The notes beneath the pieces were generated by a model that saw only the letters and a list, made by a program, of their open reading frames with translations, did not search any database and had not been told where the DNA came from. Shown here piece by piece: positions 1 through 9,300 of a stretch of 64,000 nucleotides of DNA (its first letter is position 1; each line of letters starts with the position of its first letter). A program made the translations under genes and the position numbers. Source of the stretch: Reyranella sp. (GTDB lineage Bacteria > Pseudomonadota > Alphaproteobacteria > Reyranellales > Reyranellaceae); assembly GCA_035651335.1 (NCBI GenBank), contig DASRFX010000131.1, positions 14,499 to 78,498 of the forward strand, given 5' to 3'.

Positions 1-2
1 AC

Positions 3-1271
3 GGTTGTCCGGTCAATAACCTGATCCCCGACTGGAACGAGCTGGTGCGGCGCGATCGCTGGCAGGCCGCGCTCGACGTCCTTCACTCGACCAACAACTT
101 CCCGGAATTCACCGGCCGCATCTGCCCCGCTCCCTGCGAGGCGTCGTGCACGCTGAACATCGACGACAACCCGGTCACCATCAAATCGATCGAATGCTCG
201 ATCGTCGATCGCGGCTGGGAGGAGGGCTGGATCCAGCCCTTCGTGCCGACCCGCAAGACCGGCAAGAGAGTCGCCGTCGTGGGCTCCGGCCCCGCCGGCA
301 TGGCCTGCAGCCAGCAGCTCGCGCGCGCCGGCCACTCGGTGACGCTATTCGAGAAGAACGACCGCATCGGCGGGCTCCTTCGCTACGGCATTCCCGACTT
401 CAAGATGGAAAAGCGCCTGATCGACCGGCGCATGCGGCAGATGGAGGCCGAGGGCGTCGAGTTCCGCACCGGCGTCGAGGTTGGCGCCACGCTCTCGATC
501 AAGTCGCTGCTCGAAGGCTATGACGCCGTCGCTCTGACCGGCGGCGCGGAGTTCCCGCGCAATCTCGACGTGCCGGGCCGCGAGCTCGGCGGCATCCACT
601 ACGCCATGGATTTCCTGGCGCAGCAGAACAAGCGTGTGGCGGGAGACGAGGAATCGCGTGCCGCGCCCAAGGGCACCATCACCGCCCAGGACAAGCATGT
701 CATCGTGATCGGCGGCGGCGACACCGGCTCCGACTGCGTCGGCACATCGAACCGCCAAGGGGCCGCCTCGGTGACCCAGCTCGAAGTCATGCCGCGCCCG
801 CCGGAGAAGGAGAACAAGGCGCTCACCTGGCCGGATTGGCCGCTCAAGATGCGGACCTCGTCGAGCCACGAAGAGGGCGCCGAGCGCGACTTTGCCGTGC
901 TGACCAAGCGGGCGATCGGCAAGGGCGGCAAGGTGACCGGCCTCGAATGCGTGCGCGTCACCTTCGACAAGGGTCAGATGAAAGAGGTCGAGGGCAGCAA
1001 GTTCGAGCTCAAGGCGGATCTCGTGCTGCTGGCGATGGGCTTCCTGGGGCCGCGCAAGCCCGGCATGGTCGAGCAATCGGGCGTTACGCTCGATCCGCGC
1101 GGCAACATCCTGGCCAATACGGTCGACTACAAGACCTCGGTGCCCAAGCTGTTCGCCGCGGGCGACATGCGGCGCGGCCAGTCGCTGGTGGTGTGGGCGA
1201 TCCGCGAAGGCCGCCAATGTGCCCGTGCGATCGATGAAAGCCTGATGGGTTCGACGACCCTGCCTCGCTAG
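3..1271 (+). CDS. gltD: Glutamate synthase small (beta) subunit, 5'-truncated by the window edge
   Basis: Frame open from base 3 ([12 protein letters not shown]...). Motifs [44 protein letters not shown] and [18 protein letters not shown]. Confidence 0.96.
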   Translation, partial: GCPVNNLIPDWNELVRRDRWQAALDVLHSTNNFPEFTGRICPAPCEASCTLNIDDNPVTIKSIECSIVDRGWEEGWIQPFVPTRKTGKRVAVVGSGPAGMACSQQLARAGHSVTLFEKNDRIGGLLRYGIPDFKMEKRLIDRRMRQMEAEGVEFRTGVEVGATLSIKSLLEGYDAVALTGGAEFPRNLDVPGRELGGIHYAMDFLAQQNKRVAGDEESRAAPKGTITAQDKHVIVIGGGDTGSDCVGTSNRQGAASVTQLEVMPRPPEKENKALTWPDWPLKMRTSSSHEEGAERDFAVLTKRAIGKGGKVTGLECVRVTFDKGQMKEVEGSKFELKADLVLLAMGFLGPRKPGMVEQSGVTLDPRGNILANTVDYKTSVPKLFAAGDMRRGQSLVVWAIREGRQCARAIDESLMGSTTLPR

Positions 1272-1362
1272 AGCGGAATGGGGCTGGTTCAAATTCGCGA
1301 GAAGCTGTTCTATTCTTCAACCGCCGGGCGGTCTTGGGGTCGCCCGGATGAGTGGGAAGAAA

Positions 1363-1788
1363 ATGAAACTGCTGCTGATCCAGGGCGCCAACATGGAGTA
1401 CCTGGGGCGTCGCCAGCCTGAGCTTTACGGCACGATGACCGCCAAGGAACTGGACGCCTTGCTTCGCCGACGCGCCCGGGCGCTCGGCGTGTCGCTCGAC
1501 ATTCTCTACACCAACACCGAGGGCGAGGCGGTGACGGCCATCTACAAGGCCGAGCGGGCCGGCGTGCAGGGCTTGCTGTTCAATCCCGCGGGCTTCCTTC
1601 ATGCCGGGCACGCGCTGCGTGACTGCCTGAAGTCGGTCAAGCTGCCGGCCATCGAAGTCCACATGACCAACATCGAGAAGCGCGGCCGCCGATCGGTCAC
1701 GGCCGAATCGGCGATCGGCGTAATCGCGGGCTTTGGTGTCGATTCCTACGTGCTGGCGCTTGACGCGATGGTGTCCCGGCTGGGCTAG
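1363..1788 (+). CDS. aroQ: Type II 3-dehydroquinate dehydratase-like protein (divergent)
   Basis: LGRRQPELYG (catalytic Arg/Tyr lid), NPAG and EVHMTN motifs. Alternative ATG at 1348. Confidence 0.8.
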   Translation: MKLLLIQGANMEYLGRRQPELYGTMTAKELDALLRRRARALGVSLDILYTNTEGEAVTAIYKAERAGVQGLLFNPAGFLHAGHALRDCLKSVKLPAIEVHMTNIEKRGRRSVTAESAIGVIAGFGVDSYVLALDAMVSRLG

Positions 1789-2699
1789 GCTGCGGCCGGC
1801 CAGAGGCCGGTCGCCAATGTCGTCAGCGCAAATTCGCCGAATTGCCAGGTGAAGGGGAATGCTCGCCGACGCCGCCAGCCGCGCTCGATATGGCAGCGCC
1901 AGTTCCGGCGGGCGCCGGCCGGCACTGCGATTCTCGCCGCCCACTCGATCGATGCCCGGCCTTGGAGCTGAAGCAGATCGCCCGTTGCGAAATCCACAAA
2001 CAGCAGACCGGCCCGTGGATCGCCCAGCAAATTGCCCAGCGTGTTGAAGAAGCGGTTGCCGCGGAAGTCGGGAATGTCGAGCGTCCCACCATCGATCCGC
2101 ACGAACCCGGGACGGCCGCCGCGATGCGAGATGTCGAAGCCGCCGCTTTCGACGAGCCCGGGGCGGGAGCGCGAGGCGACGAAGAAGGTGTCGGCTTCGG
2201 CGATGATGCGTTTGGCATCGTCGTCCAGGCCGCTCAGCGTCTCGACCGCACCGGGCTCAAACGAGCGCGCGACCGGCCGCCGGGTCTGGATGTATTGCGC
2301 GCAATTGCCGAAACTTTGCGCGACAGCGACGGTGAGATCGTGATCGTCCACGGCAACGATGCGGCCATTGGCGCGATTGCGGCGACGATTGGAGAAGTCG
2401 AGACCGAGCAGGCCGATATCGGCGCCTTCCTGGAGCGCCGAGCCGATCGGGTCGCCTGCGATCGGACGTGCGCCGATATGCAAGGTCGTCGGATCGGGCG
2501 AACGAACGAAGCCTGGCGTTCCGGCGAACACCGAGGCGAGCGGCCAGCCGTCCTCATCGCCCGCGCCGACGAAGATGTAAGGGAGCAAGGCGAAGAACTG
2601 CCGGTGCTGGTCCGGCATGAAAGAGCGGATGCCGGTGCCCCGGCTGCTCTCGCCGGCCAGAGCTTGGGCCGCGAGTTCGTCGACATGGAAGGGAGGCAT
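1785..2699 (-). CDS. Pyridoxamine 5'-phosphate oxidase-like FMN-binding protein (two split-barrel domains)
   Basis: MPDQHRQFF, RRRNRANG, FGNCAQYIQ, SHRGGRPGFV and PDFRGNRFFNTLGNL are typical of this family. Confidence 0.85.
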   Translation of the reverse strand: MPPFHVDELAAQALAGESSRGTGIRSFMPDQHRQFFALLPYIFVGAGDEDGWPLASVFAGTPGFVRSPDPTTLHIGARPIAGDPIGSALQEGADIGLLGLDFSNRRRNRANGRIVAVDDHDLTVAVAQSFGNCAQYIQTRRPVARSFEPGAVETLSGLDDDAKRIIAEADTFFVASRSRPGLVESGGFDISHRGGRPGFVRIDGGTLDIPDFRGNRFFNTLGNLLGDPRAGLLFVDFATGDLLQLQGRASIEWAARIAVPAGARRNWRCHIERGWRRRRAFPFTWQFGEFALTTLATGLWPAAA

Positions 2700-2878
2700 C
2701 GGCCCAACATAGGGTGAAAGAGTAGGGCTTTGACCGAGATTTTCTCATCGTCTCCCAAGCGTTCGCGCGGCGCGCTTTACCGAGATGGTAGCGTTTCTTT
2801 TGGATGAACAATCGTCATCACCTCGTCGAGGGCGCGCCGGTTTTATCCGCAGCCTTGTCGGCTCAACCAGGAGGCGCA

Positions 2879-3010
2879 ATGGGACCTTTCTGCACTTTCC
2901 GCTGGTGCGCTACCTCCGGACACTGGGTACGGGGAAATAGCGCAAGTAGCGCTACCCGCTGCCGGTGCCACGCTACGACTACGCGCTGGGCTGAGCCTGG
3001 CCTGCTCTAG
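2879..3010 (+). CDS. Possible 43-aa Cys/Ser/Thr-rich small peptide
   Basis: AGGAGG lies 4 nt before ATG 2879. The ORF ends on the CTAG shared with the stop of the opposite gene. No homology recognised. Confidence 0.25.
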   Translation: MGPFCTFRWCATSGHWVRGNSASSATRCRCHATTTRWAEPGLL

Positions 3011-3906
3011 TCGGGCGTCGTGCCGAACCGGCGCTGCCAGAACTCGCGGCTGCGCTTTTCGCCGATGTCGCAGCCGAGCTCGTACTCCGGCCGCACGAAC
3101 TTTGTGTAGTCCTCGCCGCGCGGGCGGCGCGGCTTGCCGGCTTGGGCGAGCCTCGTGCCGTCGCGCAGCTCGGGCAATGCGCCGACGTCGATGCCGGGCC
3201 GCGGCCGGGCGTCGGCCACTTCCTGCAGCAGCTTCTTGCGCACGGCGCGCGGGAAGTCGTCGAAGTTGCGCGCCACCTCGACGAACGAGTGCGGCCCGCC
3301 GGTGACACAGGCGAGATAGTACTTGTCGAGGTCGGTTTCGTTGGGGAAGCCGAACGGATTGGGCCGGTCGTTCATGATCGGCAGGCCGTTGATGACGATG
3401 CGCTCCTTCAGCGCCTCGTAGCGCATGTCGGTCACCAGCATGCCGTCGTTGTTCGAGCCGTCGCCCGAGATGTCGAGCACCTTGCGGTCGGCGTCGTAGG
3501 GCGCGCGGGCGAACAGCGGGATGGAATAGCGGATGGCACCGCTGATCGACGTGCGGCGCGCGATCGAGATCGGCGCGTCTTCGAGGCGTCGGGCGAAGGC
3601 CGCGATCGATGGCTCGCTGTCGAGCAGGGTCCAGTCGACGAGAAGCTTCTGCATCCACGAGTCGGACCATTCGAAATAGGCGACGGCGATGCGGCCATTG
3701 GGCCCGCCGAGAATTGCGTGGACGATGGTCGGGTCGCGGAACGCGAGCACATAGCCCTCTCGCTGGAGCTTCGCTTCCTCCGGATCGATGCTGCCCGAGA
3801 TGTCGATGGCGAGCGCGAGCGCGAGGTCGACGGGCTTGCGCTCCTGGGCCGTCGCCATCGTGACGGAAAGGAGCAGGACGAGCAGACAGGCGAGCGATCG
3901 TCGCAT
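3007..3906 (-). CDS. DUF1194 family vWA-domain secreted protein
   Basis: Signal peptide, MIDAS-like DISGS, LDISGDG, INGLPI and Y-x-x-CV-x-GGP-x-SF motifs. Confidence 0.88.
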   Translation of the reverse strand: MRRSLACLLVLLLSVTMATAQERKPVDLALALAIDISGSIDPEEAKLQREGYVLAFRDPTIVHAILGGPNGRIAVAYFEWSDSWMQKLLVDWTLLDSEPSIAAFARRLEDAPISIARRTSISGAIRYSIPLFARAPYDADRKVLDISGDGSNNDGMLVTDMRYEALKERIVINGLPIMNDRPNPFGFPNETDLDKYYLACVTGGPHSFVEVARNFDDFPRAVRKKLLQEVADARPRPGIDVGALPELRDGTRLAQAGKPRRPRGEDYTKFVRPEYELGCDIGEKRSREFWQRRFGTTPD

Positions 3907-4036
3907 GCGCGGTCTCCGTGTCGGCTGCCGACACGAGAACCATACCGCCCGGCGGAAGCCTCTGTCAGCCTTGCTCTGGACGGCCGCCGCCGCGGGCCGC
4001 TAGCCTTTGCACAAGGACTGACTTCCGGAGGACATC

Positions 4037-5245
4037 GTGGATCTGGCCCTCAGCCCGCAAGACGAAGCCTTCCGCGACGAGGTCCGCCGCTTCCTTGACG
4101 AGAATTTGAGCGAGGATCTGCGCGAGGCCGGCCGTAAGACCGGCGGCGTGTTCGCCGAATTCTCGGCCGGCCAGCGCTGGCACAAGGTGCTCGCCAAACG
4201 CGGTTGGTCGGCGCCGAACTGGCCCGTCGAATATGGCGGCACCGGCTGGAACGCGACCCAGCGCTACATCTTCGCCCGCGAGTGCATCGCCGCCGATGCG
4301 CCGCGCATCTTCGCGATGGGCCTGCGCATGGTCGGACCGGTGATCATGAAGTTCGGCACGCCCGAGCAGAAGGCCAAGTACCTGCCGGCGATCGTGGCCG
4401 GCGACATGGTGTTCTGCCAGGGCTACTCCGAGCCCGGCTCGGGCTCCGACCTCGCAAGCCTCAAGACGCGCGCGGTGCGCGACAGCGATGACTACGTGAT
4501 CAACGGCACCAAGATCTGGACGACCGGCGCCCACCTCGCCGACCATATGTTCTGCCTGGTGCGCACCGCGGCGGACGGCAAGCCGCAGGACGGCATCTCC
4601 TTCGTGCTGATCGATTCGATGAAGACGCCCGGTCTCAGCGTGAAGCCGATCGTGACGCTTGCCGGCGACCACGAGGTCAACCAGGTGTTCTTCGACAACG
4701 TGCGCACGCCGGTGGCCAACCGCATCGGACCGGAGAATGCGGGCTGGACGGTCGCCAAGTACCTGCTCGAGTTCGAGCGCGGCGGCGACGCCTATACGCC
4801 CAATCTCTACGCCCGCCTGGAGGATGTGCGGCGCATCGCGCGCGAGGAAGCGGCCGACGGCTCGGGCCGGCTGATCGAGGACAGGGGATTCGCCGAGCGG
4901 CTGGCCGAGGCCGAGATCGAGGTCCAGTCGCTCGAGATGATCGAGCTGCAGGTCCTCTCCGATCTCAGTCGGGGCAGGAACCCGGGCACGGTGTCGTCGT
5001 CGATGAAGATCCGCGGCAGCGAGACCCTGCAGAAGATCGATCACCTCGGCGTCGAAGCGCTGGCCTGGTACGCCGCACCGTTCGAACCCGAGGCGCGGCT
5101 GCTCGGCCATAACGAGCCCAATGTCGTGCCCGATTTGGGCACCACGGCGATGCCGCTCTACCTCAACAACCGGGCGGCGACGATCTACGCCGGATCCAAT
5201 GAAATTCAGCGGAATATCATCGCCAAGGCGGCGCTCGCTCTCTGA
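4037..5245 (+). CDS. Acyl-CoA dehydrogenase family protein (PimC/PimD-like subgroup)
   Basis: FCQGYSEPGSGSDLASL, NGTKIWTT and TIYAGSNEIQRNII. GGAGG RBS before the GTG start. Confidence 0.93.
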   Translation: MDLALSPQDEAFRDEVRRFLDENLSEDLREAGRKTGGVFAEFSAGQRWHKVLAKRGWSAPNWPVEYGGTGWNATQRYIFARECIAADAPRIFAMGLRMVGPVIMKFGTPEQKAKYLPAIVAGDMVFCQGYSEPGSGSDLASLKTRAVRDSDDYVINGTKIWTTGAHLADHMFCLVRTAADGKPQDGISFVLIDSMKTPGLSVKPIVTLAGDHEVNQVFFDNVRTPVANRIGPENAGWTVAKYLLEFERGGDAYTPNLYARLEDVRRIAREEAADGSGRLIEDRGFAERLAEAEIEVQSLEMIELQVLSDLSRGRNPGTVSSSMKIRGSETLQKIDHLGVEALAWYAAPFEPEARLLGHNEPNVVPDLGTTAMPLYLNNRAATIYAGSNEIQRNIIAKAALAL

Positions 5246-5343
5246 AATGTGCGGGCAGCTAAGCGTGCAGCCGTACTGAAAACTTGCAAAAGACATTGTA
5301 AGCTGTTGCGAGATTGAAGAATTCGCGACTCGCCACCATTTAA

Positions 5344-7950
5344 TTGCATAAATACTGCAGAGAGACCTTGGAACCCTCATTGTCGTCAACCATCGGCGGA
5401 ACGCTCGCGGGCCATGCGCAACGGACTCCGCAGGCGCTGGCCATCGTATGGCCGGGCATTGCGCCACTGACCTACGGCGAGCTGGGGCGCCATGTCAGCC
5501 GGCTCGGGGCCGAACTGCGCGCCGCCGGCATCGGCCCGACATCGCGCGTCGCTATCGTCCTGCCGCGCGGTCCAGAGGCCGCGGTGATCAGTCTCGCGGT
5601 GTGTTCCGTGGCGGTCATGCTGCCGCTCAATCCGGGCTTCAGCCCTGCCGACCTCAAACTCGAGCTCGAACGCGGCCGGCCCGACGCGTTGATCGTGCCT
5701 GCCGGCGCCGAACTGCCTGACTGGGCCAAAGGCGCGAGCGGCCTGTTCCAAGCCACGCGGGCGACCGCTTCGTTCGACGACGTGGCGCTTCGCCAACTGA
5801 CGCCGGTGGCGCGCCGGATCGACAATTCCGCGGCGATCACCCCTAAGTCGGTGGCCGTCATCTTTCGCACGTCGGGCACCACCGGAAGCGCCAAGCGCGT
5901 GCCGGTGACCCACGAGAACCTGCTCTCGATGGCGCGCAAGATGCAGCGCTGGCTGCGGCTCACGCCGGCCGACCGCTCGGCCTGCATCATGCCGATCTAT
6001 TACAACGCGGGCTTCAAGGCGACCTTGCTGGTCCCGCTGCTGGTCGGCAGCAGCGTCGCCATGCCGGTCGCCACCGCGCCCGGCGAATTCGAGCAATGGG
6101 TCAGGGAGCTGAGGCCCACGTGGATGACCGCCGCACCGGCAACGCTGCAAGCGATCCTGGAGAAGCTCGGCGCGCGCAATGAGCCCCTGAAGCACAGCCT
6201 GCGCTTCGTGCTGTCGACGGCTTCCTATCTTGCCGATCCGGTTCGGTGCGAGCTCGAGAAGGCGCTCGGCGTGCCGGTCGTGGAGTTCTACGGCCTGTCT
6301 GAGGCCGGCATGGTGACGGCGCCGCCGGTGCCACCGGCGGTGGCCAAGCCGGGCACGGTCGGGCGTATACCGGAAGGCGAGCTCGCCATCCGCGGCGAGG
6401 ACGGCAAGTTCCTGGCCGCCGGGCAGACCGGCCACGTGCTGGTGCGCGGACCGAGCGTCGCGCCGGGCTATATCGACGACGTCGACGACGCGCCGAGCGG
6501 GCTCGAGGATGGATGGCTCGACACCGGCGATCTCGGTTCGGTCGATTCCGACGGCTTCCTGACGATCGTCGGCCGCAGCAAGGAGATCATCAATCGCGGC
6601 GGCGAGAAGGTCTCGCCCTACGACGTCGAGAAGGCGCTGCTGCTGCATCCGGCGGTGCGCGAGGCGGCGGCGTTCGGCGTGCCGCATCCGCGCCTCGGCG
6701 AGAACGTCGCCGCGGCGGTGACGCTTAATCCCGGCATGCAGGCGACGTCCTCGGAACTGATCGAGTTCATCTACGACCGGCTGGCACCGTTCCAGATGCC
6801 GCGCCAGGTCCATGTGCTGGACAGCCTGCCGCTCGGCGCCACGGGCAAGATCTCGCGGCCCCAGCTCGCCGAGACGTTCGCCTCGCACGTGCGCGAGATC
6901 GTGCCGCCGGAACAGCCGCTGCAGGTCCAGATCGCCGAAATCTGGCGGCGCTTCCTAAATCGCAGCGACATCGGCCTGGATGACGATTTCTTCGACCTAG
7001 GCGGCGATTCCCTGCAGGCGACCGAGATGCTGCTCGAGCTGGAGACGACGACCCGCCACACCATCTCGCCGTCCGACATCCGCGCCCAGCTCACTATCCG
7101 CCATCTCGCGCAGGCGCTGGCACGCGTCGCCGCCAGCAGTCAGGTCGTCAGCAAGGTCAAGGATGGCCGCGGAGCGCCGCTGTTCCTGTGCCACGGCGAT
7201 TTCGACGGCTGGGGACTGTATGCGCTGCGCCTGGTCGAGCTGCTGCGCCATGACGGGCCGATCTTCCTGCTGCATTCCAATCTCGACAAGACGGCTGGCA
7301 TCACCACCATCGAGGAAATGGCGCGGACCTACATCCCGCACCTCCTGGAAGCGTGGCCGCAGGGCAGCTTCAAGCTCGCCGGCTACTGCCATGGCGGGCT
7401 GGCGGCTTGGGAGATGGCGCACCAGCTCGAGGCGCTGGGCCGCCGCGTCGACAGCATCGTGCTGATCGACACCTATTCGATCAATGCGCGCGCCTCGGTG
7501 CGCGGCATCGCGCGCACGCTGAATGCGATCGGCGAGCTCGCGCCGCAGACGCTGGGCCAGAGGATCCACGGCATGGCGATGCCCGCGCTATGGTCCGGCA
7601 CCCGTCGCGTGCTGCAGAAGGACAAGGCAATCCTTTGGCGGGTCGCGCGCCGGCTCTACGGCGCCCAGCGGCGCATGCAAGGCGGCGGGGCCGACCCTGA
7701 CGGCGGCATTTCGCTGCGCTGGGCGTACTATCAGGCGATGTCGAACTACCTGCCGCCCAAGATCGACAGCGACGTGGTCTGCGTGCTGAGCGACGAATAC
7801 GCGCCGCGGGCGGAGTTCACGCCGGTGGCCTGGGAATCGCTGGCCCGCCATGTCGACTTCGAGCAGGTGCCGGGCAAGCACAACACCTGCATCACCAGCC
7901 ACGTGGCCGATCTCGCCAGCACGCTCAACCGGCATCTCGCCGCCGGCTAA
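5344..7950 (+). CDS. Stand-alone NRPS-like enzyme: adenylation - carrier protein - thioesterase
   Basis: A-domain motifs TSGTTG, YGLSE, TGDLG, GRSKEIINRGGEK and TGKI; carrier motif DDDFFDLGGDSL; TE GYCHGG...D...GKH. The true start may be a downstream TTG. Confidence 0.88.
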   Translation: MHKYCRETLEPSLSSTIGGTLAGHAQRTPQALAIVWPGIAPLTYGELGRHVSRLGAELRAAGIGPTSRVAIVLPRGPEAAVISLAVCSVAVMLPLNPGFSPADLKLELERGRPDALIVPAGAELPDWAKGASGLFQATRATASFDDVALRQLTPVARRIDNSAAITPKSVAVIFRTSGTTGSAKRVPVTHENLLSMARKMQRWLRLTPADRSACIMPIYYNAGFKATLLVPLLVGSSVAMPVATAPGEFEQWVRELRPTWMTAAPATLQAILEKLGARNEPLKHSLRFVLSTASYLADPVRCELEKALGVPVVEFYGLSEAGMVTAPPVPPAVAKPGTVGRIPEGELAIRGEDGKFLAAGQTGHVLVRGPSVAPGYIDDVDDAPSGLEDGWLDTGDLGSVDSDGFLTIVGRSKEIINRGGEKVSPYDVEKALLLHPAVREAAAFGVPHPRLGENVAAAVTLNPGMQATSSELIEFIYDRLAPFQMPRQVHVLDSLPLGATGKISRPQLAETFASHVREIVPPEQPLQVQIAEIWRRFLNRSDIGLDDDFFDLGGDSLQATEMLLELETTTRHTISPSDIRAQLTIRHLAQALARVAASSQVVSKVKDGRGAPLFLCHGDFDGWGLYALRLVELLRHDGPIFLLHSNLDKTAGITTIEEMARTYIPHLLEAWPQGSFKLAGYCHGGLAAWEMAHQLEALGRRVDSIVLIDTYSINARASVRGIARTLNAIGELAPQTLGQRIHGMAMPALWSGTRRVLQKDKAILWRVARRLYGAQRRMQGGGADPDGGISLRWAYYQAMSNYLPPKIDSDVVCVLSDEYAPRAEFTPVAWESLARHVDFEQVPGKHNTCITSHVADLASTLNRHLAAG

Positions 7951-8038
7951 TCGGGCGGCCGGGCTTGAACCGGCGAAAATCGGCATCAAATCTTGAGGCT
8001 GTGCCCGAGCGGGGCCCGAATTCGAAATGCCGAGCGCC

Positions 8039-8968
8039 ATGACCGATCCCTACGCCGTTCTGGGCGTACCGAAGACCGCGTCGCAGGACGACATCCGCGC
8101 GGCGTTCCGCAAGCTCGCCAAGAAGTACCACCCCGATCTCAATCCGGGCGACAAGGCGGCCGAAGCCAAGTTCAAGGACATCGGCCAGGCCAACGACCTG
8201 TTGTCCGATCCCGAGAAGCGGCGCCGCTTCGATGCCGGCGAGATCGATGCCTCGGGCCAGGAGATGCCGCCGCGCGGCTTCTATCGCGACCAGGCGGCCG
8301 GCCCGGGCGGCCGCAAGTACCAGCGCGGCGCGGGGCCGGAGGAGTTCGTCGACATCAACGACATCCTGTCGGGCATGTTCGGCGAGCGTCATGGCTTCGG
8401 CGCCGGCGGCGGCGGCTTCGACACGAGCGGCCTGCCGGTGAGCTATACGCTCAGCGTGCCGTTCCTGATCGCCGCGCGCGGCGGCAAGCGGCGCGTCACC
8501 ATGCCGGACGGCCGAACGCTCGACATCGACGTGCCCGAGGGCACCACCAACGGCACGACGTTGCGCCTCAAGGGGCAGGGCATGCCGGGCGCCCAGGGCA
8601 AGCCGGCCGGTGACGCCTATGTCGAGATCCACGTGCAGCCGCATGCCTTCTTCGAGGCGCGCGACAACGACATCCATATCGAGCTGCCGGTGACGCTGAC
8701 CGAGGCGGTGCTGGGCGGCAAGGTGAAGGTGCCGACGGTTGGCGGCCCGGTGATGCTGAACGTCCCCGCCGGTTCCAACACCGGCGCGTCGCTCCGGCTC
8801 AAGGGCCGCGGCCTGCTCGACCGCAAGTCGGGCCAGCGCGGTGACCAGTACGTCAAGCTCAAGGTCGTGCTGCCCGATCAGCCCGACGACAAGCTGAAGG
8901 AATTCCTGCAGGGCTGGGAAGCCGGCCGCAGCCACGACCCGCGCAAGTCGATGGAGCAGTTCACATGA
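8039..8968 (+). CDS. cbpA: DnaJ-class co-chaperone / curved DNA-binding protein (no zinc finger)
   Basis: J-domain DPYAVLGV...KYHPD, Gly-rich linker and DnaJ_C (LRLKGQG, LRLKGRG). Coupled to cbpM. Alternative ATG at 8027. Confidence 0.9.
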   Translation: MTDPYAVLGVPKTASQDDIRAAFRKLAKKYHPDLNPGDKAAEAKFKDIGQANDLLSDPEKRRRFDAGEIDASGQEMPPRGFYRDQAAGPGGRKYQRGAGPEEFVDINDILSGMFGERHGFGAGGGGFDTSGLPVSYTLSVPFLIAARGGKRRVTMPDGRTLDIDVPEGTTNGTTLRLKGQGMPGAQGKPAGDAYVEIHVQPHAFFEARDNDIHIELPVTLTEAVLGGKVKVPTVGGPVMLNVPAGSNTGASLRLKGRGLLDRKSGQRGDQYVKLKVVLPDQPDDKLKEFLQGWEAGRSHDPRKSMEQFT

Positions 8969-9294
8969 CCAGCCTCGAGCAACTGCTTCAGCTCCATGCC
9001 GGCCTCACGACCGTGCGGGTCGAGCGCTGGGTGGCGCGCGGCCTGCTGCGCCCGCTGGGCGGCGGCGATTCCTGGACCTTCGAGCAGGTCGACGTGGCGC
9101 GCGTGCGTCTGTTGGCCGAGCTGGGCGACGACATGGGGCTCGACGACGACACGATCGAGGCGGTCGTGTCGCTGATCGACCAGGTCCACACCTTGCGCGA
9201 TCGGCTGAGCCTGCTGGCGCGCGCCGTCGCGGAGCAGCCGCCCGCCACGCGCGAGGCCATCGCCGCCGCGGTGCGCCGGCTGAGCGGCCGCTAG
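8965..9294 (+). CDS. cbpM: Chaperone modulator CbpM (MerR-like)
   Basis: ATGA overlap with cbpA; WVARGLL...DVARVRLL...L.DDMG...SLIDQV pattern. Confidence 0.85.
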   Translation: MTSLEQLLQLHAGLTTVRVERWVARGLLRPLGGGDSWTFEQVDVARVRLLAELGDDMGLDDDTIEAVVSLIDQVHTLRDRLSLLARAVAEQPPATREAIAAAVRRLSGR

Positions 9295-9300
9295 CCCGCG

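Noticed and set aside
2760-2960. Known riboswitch (guanidine, THF) or tRNA in the intergenic gap
   Set aside because: Stems are possible, but I could not match the consensus of any family and there is no cloverleaf or T-loop.
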